Shown: positions 18,029 through 28,397, counted from the stretch's first letter. The stretch: 64,000 nt of DNA from Patescibacteria group bacterium (GCA_040386275.1 JAZKFU010000008.1:176219-240218), one strand, 5' to 3'. A program made the numbers and translations. The notes: generated by a model not told the origin, from the letters alone.

Positions 18029-19657
18029 GTGTTATTATTCCGCCATTATTCAATAGTAGTTATATGTATGGCATTTTTGAGCAACTTATTTGACCGAGCG
18101 ATTACCTTTATTAGTTTTATAATTTTTGGTGTGTTATTTAAGACACTTCTACGAACTGCTATCACATTATTGGTGGTAGCGTTTGCGGTGTACTTCCTTT
18201 TCTTTGCTGGTGAGGCAGTAACTGATGAACAAACAGCGGAAACGAAACTTCTGACCGTAGTGGTTGAGAGTGCGGCCAATACCAGTGGCGACAGTACCTT
18301 TACGGCTGTTGGAACACTGCAAGCTGTATCTGAAGCTAAACTCCAAACGGAGTCAGGTGGACGAATTATCGGTGTTTACACTGAACTTGGTGCCAATGTG
18401 CGAGCGGGCTCTATTATTGCACGTCTGGAAGGGTCATCTGAAAGCGCACAGCTCTTGCAAGCGCAAGGAGCGTATGAAGCAGCGATTGCTGGTTCTGCTC
18501 AAGGTGATGTAGGAAAAAATGAAGCTGAAAATGCCAAACGTGCTGCCCAAAACGCTGCAGTAACTACGTACAAAAATGCCTACACGTCTGTCTCGGGCGT
18601 AGTATTTACCTCACTTGATAAATTCTTTGCCAATCCAAACTCACAAGTTCCTGGAGTACGTATTAGTAAGGCCAATACATCGTTCCAAAATATGGAACGA
18701 GTGAACCTGCAAACTACCCTTCCCGCCTGGCAATCAAAAGCCAACTCGCTTACCACTACTAGTAACCTTAACGGCGCTTTAACTGAAGCTGAAATAACTA
18801 CAAAGAAAGTATTGGCTATGGTTGATGATTTTATCATCGGCTTTAACAATGAAGACGCAAACATCCAATACACTGCCGCTGATTATATTCGCTTTACTAG
18901 TGAATTTAATGCACTGCGTGGTCAACTCGTAGGGATTCTGTCGAGTATAGATGCTGCTCGTACTGGCCTCGCTAATGCCGACGAAGCTATCAAGCGAGCA
19001 TCAATTGCAGGTTCAGGCAGTCAGGTATCAAGTGCCGACGCTCAAATCAAAATCGCCCTTGGTTCACTTCGGGCCGCTCAAGCTAACTACGAAAAAACTT
19101 TGGTTCGCTCACCAATTAACGGTGTGGTAAACGCGCTCTACCTAAAAACAGGTGAATACGCTGCGCCTTCTGCGCCAGCGGCTATTATTGCAAACAACAA
19201 CCAAGGTCTTGAAGTTTCAACCTCAGTTAGTCAAGAAGAAAGTGCGCTCATTAAAATTGGCGATCAAGTACGCATTGATAAAGTAGCGAACGGTACAATC
19301 GCAGCCATTGGTGGCTCGATTGATCCAACGACGGGTAAAGTAGCGGTTAAAATTAGCGTCGACGAAAACAACACTCTACAAAACGGTTCAACCGTTTCAG
19401 TAGTATTCACGACAGCGACGAGTTCAGATACATCTGAAGTGAGTATCCCCCTTTCTGCAGTTAAAATGACCGGTAGTGGGCCGATTGTGTTTACTGTTGA
19501 TGCAGACACCAATACCCTCATTTCAAACCCAGTCGTGCTCGGGAACATCCGTGGTGATGTGGTGGTAGTCACTGAAGGAATCAACCGCGATACTCCAATC
19601 GTTACTGATGGACGTGGACTTAAAGAAGGAGCAGAAGTAACAATCGAAACTAAATAA
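18029..19657 (+). CDS. efflux RND periplasmic adaptor (membrane fusion protein, HlyD family)
   Basis: N-terminal TM, long coiled-coil region, TLVRSPINGVVNALYLKTGEYAAP beta-barrel motif; immediately upstream of the RND pump. Confidence 0.75.
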   Translation: MLLFRHYSIVVICMAFLSNLFDRAITFISFIIFGVLFKTLLRTAITLLVVAFAVYFLFFAGEAVTDEQTAETKLLTVVVESAANTSGDSTFTAVGTLQAVSEAKLQTESGGRIIGVYTELGANVRAGSIIARLEGSSESAQLLQAQGAYEAAIAGSAQGDVGKNEAENAKRAAQNAAVTTYKNAYTSVSGVVFTSLDKFFANPNSQVPGVRISKANTSFQNMERVNLQTTLPAWQSKANSLTTTSNLNGALTEAEITTKKVLAMVDDFIIGFNNEDANIQYTAADYIRFTSEFNALRGQLVGILSSIDAARTGLANADEAIKRASIAGSGSQVSSADAQIKIALGSLRAAQANYEKTLVRSPINGVVNALYLKTGEYAAPSAPAAIIANNNQGLEVSTSVSQEESALIKIGDQVRIDKVANGTIAAIGGSIDPTTGKVAVKISVDENNTLQNGSTVSVVFTTATSSDTSEVSIPLSAVKMTGSGPIVFTVDADTNTLISNPVVLGNIRGDVVVVTEGINRDTPIVTDGRGLKEGAEVTIETK

Positions 19658-19659
19658 AT

Positions 19660-22600
19660 ATGCATTCTCTCTGGTTATTTTTTCTCCATAAGCGAGAATT
19701 TAGTATTTTGTTGATGCTTGCCCTGATTGGGTTGGGTGCCTATGCCGCTATTATTATTCCTAAAGAATCATTTCCTGAAGTAATCGTGCCAGTTGGTATT
19801 GTAACGACAGTCTATCCTGGTGCTTCAGCGGCGGATATAGAGGAATTGATTACCAACAAGCTCGAAGACGCGATAGCCAACGTCGAAGACATCGAAAACT
19901 TGACCTCAACGTCACGTGATGATGTTTCAACAATTAACGTTGAGTTCGCGGCGAGTGCTGACATTGATAAATCAATTCAAAAATTAAAAGACGCAGTTGA
20001 TAGTGCCAAAAGTGAACTGCCTAGTGATGCAAATGATCCGTTTGTATCGGAAGTAGACTTTTCGAACCAACCAATTTTGATTGTAGCGATTTCGTCTGAC
20101 CTCTCACCTACCGCCTTTACCGCGCTCGGAGAAGACATTAAAGATGAACTTACTACTATTAACGGAGTGTCTGAAGTGCAGATTTCAGGAACGCGCGCCC
20201 GACAAATTCAAGTCCTCGTTAAAGAAGAGGCGTTAACTGGATTTGGTATTAGTATCAACGAAGTTACTCAAGCCCTAGGCCAAGCCAACCTTACTGTACC
20301 CGTTGGGACCGTTTCAACCGAAGGCATTGAATACGCGGTTCGTTTTGAAGGCAAGCTTAATACCGTAGAAGATATTAAGAGTGTGCCGGTTAAATCAAAT
20401 AACGGCCAAGTGATTTACATTCGTGACCTCGCGGACGTTACTGATGGAGTAAGTCGTGAATCATCTATTTCACGCGTCTCAGTTGATGGTGTGCCATCTG
20501 AAACGTCAATGACGTTAACTATTTACAAAAAAGCCGGCGGGGATGTCACTGACGTGACCGACCCGGTACTCGCCAAAATTGAAGAACTCAAAAAAGATGA
20601 GGGATTACTCAGTGACTCTCAAGTTCTCGTAGTATTTGACCAAGGCAAGCAAGTCCGGAAAGACCTTTCTGAATTGATTAAAGCCGGTCTTGAAACTGTA
20701 GTGCTTGTTGTTCTTGTGCTCTTGCTCACGATTGGATGGCGCGAATCATTGGTAGCGGCGCTGTCTATTCCGCTATCATTTGTGATTGCCTTTATTGGTC
20801 TCTATGCGTCTGGGAATACCATTAACTTCATCTCGCTGTTTGCGTTGATTCTCTCGGTCGGTATTCTGGTGGACTCGGGAATTGTAGTAACCGAAGCGAT
20901 TCACACGCGACTCCGCAAAACGGGTAACGCTATGCAAGCAGCCGAACGTTCTATTCGTGAATACGCCTGGCCATTAATCGCCGGAACTATGACGACCGTA
21001 GCGGTGTTTGCTCCCCTCTTTTTCCTCTCGGGAGTAACCGGTGAATTTATTTCATCTATTCCGTTTACGATTATCTTCGTGTTGATTGCGTCTATCTTTG
21101 TGGCATTAGGTCTAGTGCCATTGATTGCGATTTACCTTACGAGCAACGCGCATTCAAACCGCTTTGAAGAAAAGCAAGAAGAATACACCGAAAAAGCGCA
21201 ACTCTGGTACCGGACTAAATTGGTTAATTTCCTTAAGAGTAAAGTACAACAACGCGTGTTGTTATGGAGTTTGTTCCTAGGCTTGATTTTTGCCTTTGCC
21301 CTGCCAGCAACAGGATTACTTAAAGTAATCTTTTTCCCACCAGAAAACGTTGATGCGCTCTATATTGAGATTGAAACCGCGCAAGGTACACCGGTGACCG
21401 ATACTGACTTAGTAGTACGTGAAGTGGAAGAAATCCTCTATGATAAAGAGTACATTCAATCATTTACCACAACAGCTGGTTCAGGTTCTGCCTTTACCGG
21501 CAGTACTAACGCAGGTGGAAAATTTGCGAATATTACCGTTGAACTCAAACCAGAACGAGAGCAATCTAGTATTGATCTCGCGGTTGAACTCCGAAAAGAA
21601 TTTGCCGACATCAAAGGTGGTACCGTTAAAATTGTAGAACAACAAAACGGTCCCCCAACCGGAGCGCCGGTGTTTATCAAACTTAGTGGTGAAAGTCTCG
21701 CTGACCTACTCCTCGTTTCTGACCGCGCTGAAGAACTTCTCAAAGATATCGAAGGTACACGCGATGTAGAAGCTAGTAGTAAAAGTAACGCCACTGAATT
21801 TGTTCTCACTATCGACAAGGGTAAAGCAAGCACCTTGGGTGTTCCCCCATCAGCAGTCGGTGGTGTACTGCGTAGTGCAGTATTCGGCGTAGAAGCTACT
21901 ACCATCAACCAGGAAGGTGAAGATATTGATGTTATTGTTCGATTAGGTGTTGACCGCAACACCCTTGATAGTTCAGCGACGCCAAAAATTACCATTGATA
22001 CGTTGCGTAACCTAACCGTTACTTCAATTCGTGGTGAAAGCGTCCCACTGAGTAGTATTACCGCCGAAACCTTAGCCTCAGCCAACGCCGCGATTAATCA
22101 CGAAGACAAAAAACGTCAAGTGACCGTCGGAGCCTTCACCGAAGAAGGAGTAGTAGCCGGTGAAGTGGTAAATCAATTTAAAGCTCGTGTTGGTGAACTA
22201 GAAGCTCCAGCTGGTGTAGAGATTGGGTACGGTGGTGAAGCGGAAAACGTAAACCAATCATTTACCGAAATGTTTATCGCTTTGGCTGTGGGGTTACTCT
22301 TGATGCTCGCGATCCTCGTACTGTCATTTAACTCAATTCGTTACTCACTGTACCTTTTGCTCGTCGTTCCCTACTCGCTCATTGGAGTGTTTGCCGGGCT
22401 CGCCATGACAGGTTTAGCACTTTCCTTCACCTCACTCTTAGGAGTGATTGCCCTAGCAGGAGTTATCATCAACCACAACATCATTTTGATGGACTCGATG
22501 ATTACGCATAAGGGTGCGCAAAAGGAAGATGAGTCTCTCATTGACCAAGTAGCTGACGCTTCTGTATCACGATTCCGTCCGATTATGCTCACCACTATCA

Positions 22601-22836
22601 CAACGGTAGTTGGTATGATTCCATTATCACGGATTTCTGACTTCTGGAGCCCGCTCGCATTTGCGATTATGTTCGGACTAACCTTTGCCATGATTCTGAC
22701 GCTAGTACTCGTGCCAACACTGTACTACCGAAATGAATTAGCAAAACAAAACCCGGTAAAGAAACAATGGTTCTTTATCCGCTGGCCAAAGTACCTCTAC
22801 CAAAAGGTTAAAGGTCGAAACATAACGACCGTCTAA
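19660..22836 (+). CDS. RND family efflux transporter permease (AcrB-like)
   Basis: 1058 aa; 12-TM architecture with two large periplasmic loops; N-terminus typical of AcrB/CzcA. Confidence 0.85.
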   Translation: MHSLWLFFLHKREFSILLMLALIGLGAYAAIIIPKESFPEVIVPVGIVTTVYPGASAADIEELITNKLEDAIANVEDIENLTSTSRDDVSTINVEFAASADIDKSIQKLKDAVDSAKSELPSDANDPFVSEVDFSNQPILIVAISSDLSPTAFTALGEDIKDELTTINGVSEVQISGTRARQIQVLVKEEALTGFGISINEVTQALGQANLTVPVGTVSTEGIEYAVRFEGKLNTVEDIKSVPVKSNNGQVIYIRDLADVTDGVSRESSISRVSVDGVPSETSMTLTIYKKAGGDVTDVTDPVLAKIEELKKDEGLLSDSQVLVVFDQGKQVRKDLSELIKAGLETVVLVVLVLLLTIGWRESLVAALSIPLSFVIAFIGLYASGNTINFISLFALILSVGILVDSGIVVTEAIHTRLRKTGNAMQAAERSIREYAWPLIAGTMTTVAVFAPLFFLSGVTGEFISSIPFTIIFVLIASIFVALGLVPLIAIYLTSNAHSNRFEEKQEEYTEKAQLWYRTKLVNFLKSKVQQRVLLWSLFLGLIFAFALPATGLLKVIFFPPENVDALYIEIETAQGTPVTDTDLVVREVEEILYDKEYIQSFTTTAGSGSAFTGSTNAGGKFANITVELKPEREQSSIDLAVELRKEFADIKGGTVKIVEQQNGPPTGAPVFIKLSGESLADLLLVSDRAEELLKDIEGTRDVEASSKSNATEFVLTIDKGKASTLGVPPSAVGGVLRSAVFGVEATTINQEGEDIDVIVRLGVDRNTLDSSATPKITIDTLRNLTVTSIRGESVPLSSITAETLASANAAINHEDKKRQVTVGAFTEEGVVAGEVVNQFKARVGELEAPAGVEIGYGGEAENVNQSFTEMFIALAVGLLLMLAILVLSFNSIRYSLYLLLVVPYSLIGVFAGLAMTGLALSFTSLLGVIALAGVIINHNIILMDSMITHKGAQKEDESLIDQVADASVSRFRPIMLTTITTVVGMIPLSRISDFWSPLAFAIMFGLTFAMILTLVLVPTLYYRNELAKQNPVKKQWFFIRWPKYLYQKVKGRNITTV

Positions 22837-22840
22837 CAAT

Positions 22841-22873
22841 AAAAAACCGCAGGCAATCGCCGGCGGTTTTTTT
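22841..22873. terminator. bidirectional terminator
   Basis: aaccgcaggcaatcgccggcggttttttt; A-run before and T-run after. Confidence 0.55.
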
Positions 22874-22884
22874 ATATGTACAGT

Positions 22885-23385
22885 TTATTTTTTAAGATAC
22901 TTCATCACCCCGTTAACAACCAATAGCGCGACAACCAGTGCTGTGACATACCACACCAAGAACATACTCATAGTTATGTTTATGTCGAGCATCCCAACCA
23001 CGGTAGTGAGGATTCCTAATGTATACCAACTCCCCGCTTGAATCCCCGGCCCCATGGTACTAGGCATGATGCGCTTGGTCATGAGGATGGAATTGAGTAA
23101 CAAGACAAAGGCTACGAGTAATTGCGCCCAGAGGTACGTAGCGACTGAAGCTACATCAACCGTCGAGAGAGCCGATAGAATCAAATATCCCGTAGTAACA
23201 AAGATCAATGCTAACGCAATCTTTAACACCACATACACAACACCCATCATTTTTCGTTCACCGGGATCAATCGTACCGTCTGCAATCGCTACAAAAAAAT
23301 TACTAATAGCTAATGTTGAACCTCCCATCCCTAACGCAATTCCCGTCCCCTGCAATATAATTGCCAGCATAATTAACAGTTCCAT
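22885..23385 (-). CDS. hypothetical polytopic membrane protein
   Basis: 166 aa, 5 predicted TM helices. Confidence 0.4.
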   Translation of the reverse strand: MELLIMLAIILQGTGIALGMGGSTLAISNFFVAIADGTIDPGERKMMGVVYVVLKIALALIFVTTGYLILSALSTVDVASVATYLWAQLLVAFVLLLNSILMTKRIMPSTMGPGIQAGSWYTLGILTTVVGMLDINITMSMFLVWYVTALVVALLVVNGVMKYLKK

Positions 23386-23465
23386 AGCTATATAGTAGCC
23401 TACACCAAGCCCTCCTGTGCAGCCGCACTGTTTATTACCTAAATTTGATATACTAAAGTATCACT

Positions 23466-24170
23466 ATGACACACTACAAACACTTATTTTTCGACATGGA
23501 CATGACCATCGCTCCCTCACGGCAACCGATACTGCCCGAGATGTTCGAGTTACTCAGTAACGCCACCCAGGACATAGTAATAGTTTCAGGCCAAGAAGTA
23601 TCAAAAATTCAATGGCAAAGTAATAACCTACCCGCTATTGTGCTCGGGCAAAATGGAAACCACGCTATTGATACTGCAGGCAACGAACTCTGGAACATTC
23701 CGCTTGAACCGCATCATCGTGATCAGATACTCGACCATATAAGTGAAATTGTTGAACTGCTTGACCATGAACTCAATCACGACTGGAACCCAATTGAAGA
23801 TAGAGGGGCCCAAATTACCTTTAGTCCGGTTGGTAACACCGCACCAGTAGAGGTCAAAAAAACCTACGACCCAGATCGCAAAAAACGTGAGTCGCTACTG
23901 GCTCAAATTCCCTTTGCGTCCGAAGACTTAATTGTAAAAATCGGTGGCTCGACTAGCCTCGACTATATTCATAAAGACCGTCATAAAGGCACTAATGTGC
24001 AAAAATTAATTGATTGGATGGGCTGGAACAAAGACGAATGTATTTACTACGGTGACGGTCTTTTCACTGGTGGCAACGACGAAGCTGTTATCGGTGTAAT
24101 TGATACCGTACTGGTGGAAGATCATATTGATACCTATAATCGCCTGAAAAATCTCCTTTCAGAAACCTAG
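23466..24170 (+). CDS. HAD-superfamily hydrolase
   Basis: motif I FFDMDMT (DxDxT) and motif IV YYGDGLFTGGNDE. Confidence 0.5.
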   Translation: MTHYKHLFFDMDMTIAPSRQPILPEMFELLSNATQDIVIVSGQEVSKIQWQSNNLPAIVLGQNGNHAIDTAGNELWNIPLEPHHRDQILDHISEIVELLDHELNHDWNPIEDRGAQITFSPVGNTAPVEVKKTYDPDRKKRESLLAQIPFASEDLIVKIGGSTSLDYIHKDRHKGTNVQKLIDWMGWNKDECIYYGDGLFTGGNDEAVIGVIDTVLVEDHIDTYNRLKNLLSET

Positions 24171-24246
24171 GAACACCCCGTATCTTTACCAGCTATAGAA
24201 TGGGTGTAGACTATGATCAGAATGCAAACAAAGGAGGGACACGACC

Positions 24247-24894
24247 ATGAAAGTAGTTCTTGCCGCTCTTGCGCTCACCTGTTCCTTGCTGTTTTCTCTG
24301 CCTACGCGGGCAGAAGAAACACTCAACAAGCTCCATCTCATTATCTCATGGGATATGAGTGGGAGTATGCGTACCAACGGACCCGTTGACTGGACCCGGG
24401 CCGGTGCTGACTTCTTTAACGAGTATTTTTCCAACTACCATCATCGATGCCAGGTAGTAACGGTAGATATGATATCGTGGGGACTACAGTCACTGCCACC
24501 AGTTCATATCGAGCTGAAGTCGCGCGACGAAAGCGACTTGCTCGCCGACTACGCGAGTAAACTCACCCGCTTCAAGCATGACGGCACTAGTCCTCGAGTT
24601 GGAATGCTGTATGCCAATAGCTATGTTGCCCCGGGGTATAACAAAACGGTCATTCTCTTCGTTAGTGACTCAGGTATAAACGGTGAAGGCAATTCCGAAC
24701 TTTGGCACCTCGTTGAACCAACTACCGAGTTCTACGGAATTTCGTTGAGCGATAGTCTGTCTCGCAACTATGTTGCGAACCACATTGTCCCGCAACACGG
24801 AAGGCATTTCCACGCTGAGACCGAAAGTCACTTCCGGGACATCCTGACAATGATCCTCGACGACCTTGGGCAAGATAATTGCCCGACCAGTTAA
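24247..24894 (+). CDS. secreted von Willebrand factor A-like protein (paralog 1)
   Basis: signal peptide MKVVLAALALTCSLLFSLPTRA; MIDAS-like DMSGSM. Confidence 0.55.
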   Translation: MKVVLAALALTCSLLFSLPTRAEETLNKLHLIISWDMSGSMRTNGPVDWTRAGADFFNEYFSNYHHRCQVVTVDMISWGLQSLPPVHIELKSRDESDLLADYASKLTRFKHDGTSPRVGMLYANSYVAPGYNKTVILFVSDSGINGEGNSELWHLVEPTTEFYGISLSDSLSRNYVANHIVPQHGRHFHAETESHFRDILTMILDDLGQDNCPTS

Positions 24895-25023
24895 CACTAC
24901 CGCATCCCATGTCTATCTGGGGTGCGGTTTTACGTTACCTCTATGCACCCTTTTTTCTTTACAGTACAGCAATACAGGAATACTCTAACAAATGGGAGGT
25001 TCACACGAGTAACGGAGACCATA

Positions 25024-25665
25024 ATGATGAAAAAGTTTCTCATCATAATTATCCTAACTGTGTTGACCATGTTCTCTACCAATACAAGCAAAGCCCAGGA
25101 CGCTACGGCACTCATCGTCATCGCTGCGGATCAGAGTGAGAGTATGTTCCAGAGTAAGCATAGCGATATCCAGCGCGATGGATTTATCACTGCCTTTGCG
25201 AACTACGTGGCCGACTGCAACAATCTACAGGTGGACTATATTGCCTGGGGTGACTCAACGTCAGTTCCGGTCTCAGCCCGGCTTATCAACGAAAAAGCCG
25301 TTGTCGACTACGCAATGGCGCTTTGGCCAGTGAGCCACTATATTCTAAGCACCACCAACCACTCGCTTGGACTGCGTGCTGCACTCAAACAGCTTGCGGC
25401 GTCAGACGCACAACAAAAGGTGCTCGTCTTCACCACCGACGGTGTATCCAATGAATCCCGAAATTGGGATCTAGGGCGAACAATACCAGCCGATGTAATG
25501 GTGTACACCATTTCACTCGGTACTGAAGAAATCAGTAACTTCGTACAGAAACATATCCAGCCAGCAACCGGCGGGGTCCACTTCCACGCGAACAATGCTG
25601 ATGAATTGACGGCAAAACTGGAGGAAGTTTTTGCCGCCGCCAAGACCGACTTGTGTCTAAGTTAG
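25024..25665 (+). CDS. secreted von Willebrand factor A-like protein (paralog 2)
   Basis: signal peptide MMKKFLIIIILTVL; MIDAS-like DQSESM; colinear similarity to the upstream paralog (W.D shared; HFHAE vs HFHAN; C-terminal Cys); start at the Met after ggag. Confidence 0.55.
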   Translation: MMKKFLIIIILTVLTMFSTNTSKAQDATALIVIAADQSESMFQSKHSDIQRDGFITAFANYVADCNNLQVDYIAWGDSTSVPVSARLINEKAVVDYAMALWPVSHYILSTTNHSLGLRAALKQLAASDAQQKVLVFTTDGVSNESRNWDLGRTIPADVMVYTISLGTEEISNFVQKHIQPATGGVHFHANNADELTAKLEEVFAAAKTDLCLS

Positions 25666-25981
25666 ATAAGATGAACCCCTGCCAGTGATGGCGGGGGTTT
25701 TTATAGGAGTTTGCTTGCTTAGGGTCCAATGTGGTCACGAGTTACTAAGTATATTTGTTCACTTTGTTTCAAATCTACTAACAGCTCTCGACCCCGACCC
25801 TAGCGGACTTGTCCTGACGGTCACAAATTCGCTGATGCTCATAAGTGCCGCGGGACACAGCTCGTTCGTGACAAAGTCACATCACTCCGCTGTTCAAGTC
25901 CGCCCGCAATGTGCGCAGGCACATTGCTTAAGGTCCACGAACAAAAAATGGCACAACGCAGTGTGCTCATTTTTGTATTCG

Positions 25982-26054
25982 TGGACCCTAGCGGACTTGA
26001 ACCGCTCACCTCTTCCATGCCATGGAAGCGCTCTACCGGATGAGCTAAGGGCCC
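25982..26054 (-). tRNA. tRNA-Ala (anticodon GGC)
   Basis: cloverleaf GGGCCCTTAGCTCATCCGGTAGAGCGCTTCCATGGCATGGAAGAGGTGAGCGGTTCAAGTCCGCTAGGGTCCA; G3:U70 Ala identity pair; 7-nt anticodon loop ATGGCAT. Confidence 0.8.
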
Positions 26055-26102
26055 GAAATTGGACTGGCTGATTATAGCGGTTTGTGTTGATACAAGCAAG
26101 AA

Positions 26103-26137
26103 AAATAAGGATACCCTGCTGGGTATCCTTATTTTTC
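26103..26137. terminator. bidirectional terminator
   Basis: aaggataccc-tgct-gggtatcctt perfect 10-bp stem followed by attttt. Confidence 0.65.
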
Positions 26138-26153
26138 AACTTTTATAAATAGA

Positions 26154-26423
26154 TTAACGTACAATAACTTTGTCACCGACTACTTGGTAGTCGTCAGCGG
26201 ATTCGAGTAACATAACTCCACTGCGCATATGAATGTTTGGAGCAGTTGCAATAGCCGTCTGCCAATCATTTGCAGTAACTGATTTAACATCTCCCGCCGC
26301 ATCTACATAGGCGTACGTAGCCGCTTGTGTAGATTGAGCGTATACAACGAAAGCAAACATCAATACTACAAGTGCGATAATAGGAACGATAACTGGTAGT
26401 ACATAATTTGATAGCGTTTTCAT
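26154..26423 (-). CDS. hypothetical membrane-anchored small protein
   Basis: 89 aa, single N-terminal TM. Confidence 0.4.
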   Translation of the reverse strand: MKTLSNYVLPVIVPIIALVVLMFAFVVYAQSTQAATYAYVDAAGDVKSVTANDWQTAIATAPNIHMRSGVMLLESADDYQVVGDKVIVR

Positions 26424-26575
26424 AGATTTAAATATTATTTAATAGAAATCAGGTCAATACGGATTCAACTATGTGTATTTTGAAACATACTGAAATCATG
26501 CATTGCCCCACAATGTTATTATATTATAATAACAAATATTTGAAAAGACCTTTTATAAATTATTTGTTAATAGCG

Positions 26576-27223
26576 CTAGGCTACCTTTTTCGCTGCTCGT
26601 TTGGCAACCGTTGCCTTTTTACTCACCTTCTTTTTAGCTTTAGCCTTCTCGATTGCCGGGGTAACTTTCTTTGGCTTCCGAGTTTTAACTACAATATCCT
26701 CCCCTGCTTCTTCAACTGACTTAGTACCAACAATCGGTAATGCCTCAACAAGTTTTTCAGACGCTTTAATCAGCGCTAAAATTTGATTTATTTTCTCTTC
26801 TACAACACCAAGTTGCTTAACAAGTAGTTTGTAGTCAGGCGGGACAAACGCAGCGGGACTTGGTCGCTCCATAGTTCGGCCTACCATTTCGTTTGGTGTA
26901 AATCGATCTCGAGAAGTGTTGCTGTTTGTTGGGGCTTCATTTTTTGCAGCGAAACAATCACGACATAGTACGGGCTTCTTTCCATCAGGTCGGAACGGTA
27001 CTTCACATGACTTACCACAGGTAGTACAGGTAGCATTGTATAGAGTCACATCTTTCTTCTCTCGATCATTAGAGAATGATGGTCGGTTGTTGCCAAATGA
27101 AGGGCGTCCAGCACCTTCAAAACGCTTCTTTGGAGCATATTTACCCGCATCACTAAAGGGACGTCCACCAAGGTCTGGTTTGCGATTACGTAAACCGCCT
27201 GGTTCAAAGTTTTTCATATACAA
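26576..27223 (-). CDS. zinc-ribbon protein with R/G-rich N-terminus and Lys-rich histone-H1-like C-terminal tail
   Basis: CTTCGKSCEVPFRPDGKKPVLCRDCF (CxxC-x16-CxxC); C-terminus KAKAKKKVSKKATVAKRAAKKVA. Confidence 0.5.
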   Translation of the reverse strand: MYMKNFEPGGLRNRKPDLGGRPFSDAGKYAPKKRFEGAGRPSFGNNRPSFSNDREKKDVTLYNATCTTCGKSCEVPFRPDGKKPVLCRDCFAAKNEAPTNSNTSRDRFTPNEMVGRTMERPSPAAFVPPDYKLLVKQLGVVEEKINQILALIKASEKLVEALPIVGTKSVEEAGEDIVVKTRKPKKVTPAIEKAKAKKKVSKKATVAKRAAKKVA

Positions 27224-27324
27224 AGATTATATCACGAAAAGCAAATAATTCAACCCCACAGTATGGTGAGATGTTCAGTACGTTTTTACAATCAACGCAG
27301 ACAATATGAGGTGTTTTTTAAAAT

Positions 27325-27425
27325 CGAGCAGATGCGCGACGACAAGTAAAATAATGATGAGCCGTACTCCTTGTACGGTGAATTATTATTTTGCGCAGGC
27401 AACAAAGCAGGTGCCGATTTTTAGA
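27325..27425 (+). repeat. dispersed ~90-nt element, copy B (followed by a partial second copy to about 27490)
   Basis: gatgcgcgacgacaagtaaaataatgatgagccgtactccttgtacggtgaattattattttgcgcaggcaacaaagcaggtgccg. Confidence 0.6.
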
Positions 27426-27432
27426 AACAACG

Positions 27433-28071
27433 CTAGGAGCGACCTTCTTTATCTAGGACAAATCTCACAACTTGGACGATGTAGACGAATATAAACAAAT
27501 AAATAATCGCATCCCCTATCGGCTTCATGTATGTCTCGACAATCGAATAGTCACTTAACGCAAAGTACCCAATACTCATTAAGGCTGTGTTCCAGATAAT
27601 CAATCCCGCAAGTGAATACGCCACAAACTTTTTAAAATTCATCCGCACACTCCCCGCTGGGATAGAAATCACCGAGCGCACACCGGGAATCATCCGGCCG
27701 AAAAATACCGCGGGGATTTCATACTTCACAAAGTAATCTGTCGCCTTATGAAAATCTTTTCCGGAAATCGCAACGTACCCCCCGTACTTTCGAAAAAATT
27801 TCTCTAGCTTTGCCGCCGGTGCAAACCACCCGAGCGCAAACCAAAACAACGTACCCAAAAACGAACCAACACTCGCGGTAATTAGCGCAAGGACAAAGTT
27901 CAGTTCCCCTTTAGCCACCGAGTGGCCCACAAACGGCAATACTACTTCAGACGGAATCGGCGGAAAGATATTTTCTGCCACCATCAAAATAAACACGCCC
28001 CAATACCCATTTTGGGAAATAAAGTTAATTACTGCTTCAGCCATATAGTGGATACAGTATACAAGTCTCAT
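27433..28071 (-). CDS. DedA family membrane protein
   Basis: ENIFPPIPSEVVLPFVGH DedA signature; multi-TM. Confidence 0.7.
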   Translation of the reverse strand: MRLVYCIHYMAEAVINFISQNGYWGVFILMVAENIFPPIPSEVVLPFVGHSVAKGELNFVLALITASVGSFLGTLFWFALGWFAPAAKLEKFFRKYGGYVAISGKDFHKATDYFVKYEIPAVFFGRMIPGVRSVISIPAGSVRMNFKKFVAYSLAGLIIWNTALMSIGYFALSDYSIVETYMKPIGDAIIYLFIFVYIVQVVRFVLDKEGRS

Positions 28072-28397
28072 CCCTATCTACCAAATAACAAGAGAATCAA
28101 TAGACATGCAAAAAGGCCAAGGAGTAATCCCTGGCCTTTTGTTCGATTCAGTTTCTATTCTGTGAAAATGTAAACAAAATCAATTTTGGTTCGCGAGAAT
28201 GCATTCTGCGCGGGTGGTATGGACATAGCCGTACCGATCAATGTAGTACACGTTAGTCTTCTGCATGCTTTTTCTCCTTGGTTATAAAAACCCAAGGAGA
28301 CACCTTTACCTTACATAATATATAGGTCGTTTCAAATCGAAAGAACTGCCTCCTCAGAACTGTATTTAACAACAGTATAGACATTTTTGCAAGCCAA

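Noticed and set aside
24922-25023. Upstream extension of the second vWA gene
   Set aside because: The signal peptide starts at MMKKFLIIIIL, with ggag 8 nt upstream. The upstream 34 codons lack any feature.
25790-25870. Possible second tRNA next to tRNA-Ala(GGC)
   Set aside because: Only the T-arm and acceptor 3' fragment matches. No consistent cloverleaf folds on either strand (there is no D-arm or anticodon arm). It was interpreted as a duplicated tRNA fragment.
28100-28145. Hairpin aggccaaggagtaatccctggcct upstream of the DedA gene
   Set aside because: It has a perfect stem with a T-run, but sits upstream of the gene it flanks rather than downstream. It could be an attenuator or a read-through terminator for the gene at 28442-28762. 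Evidence was insufficient to call it.
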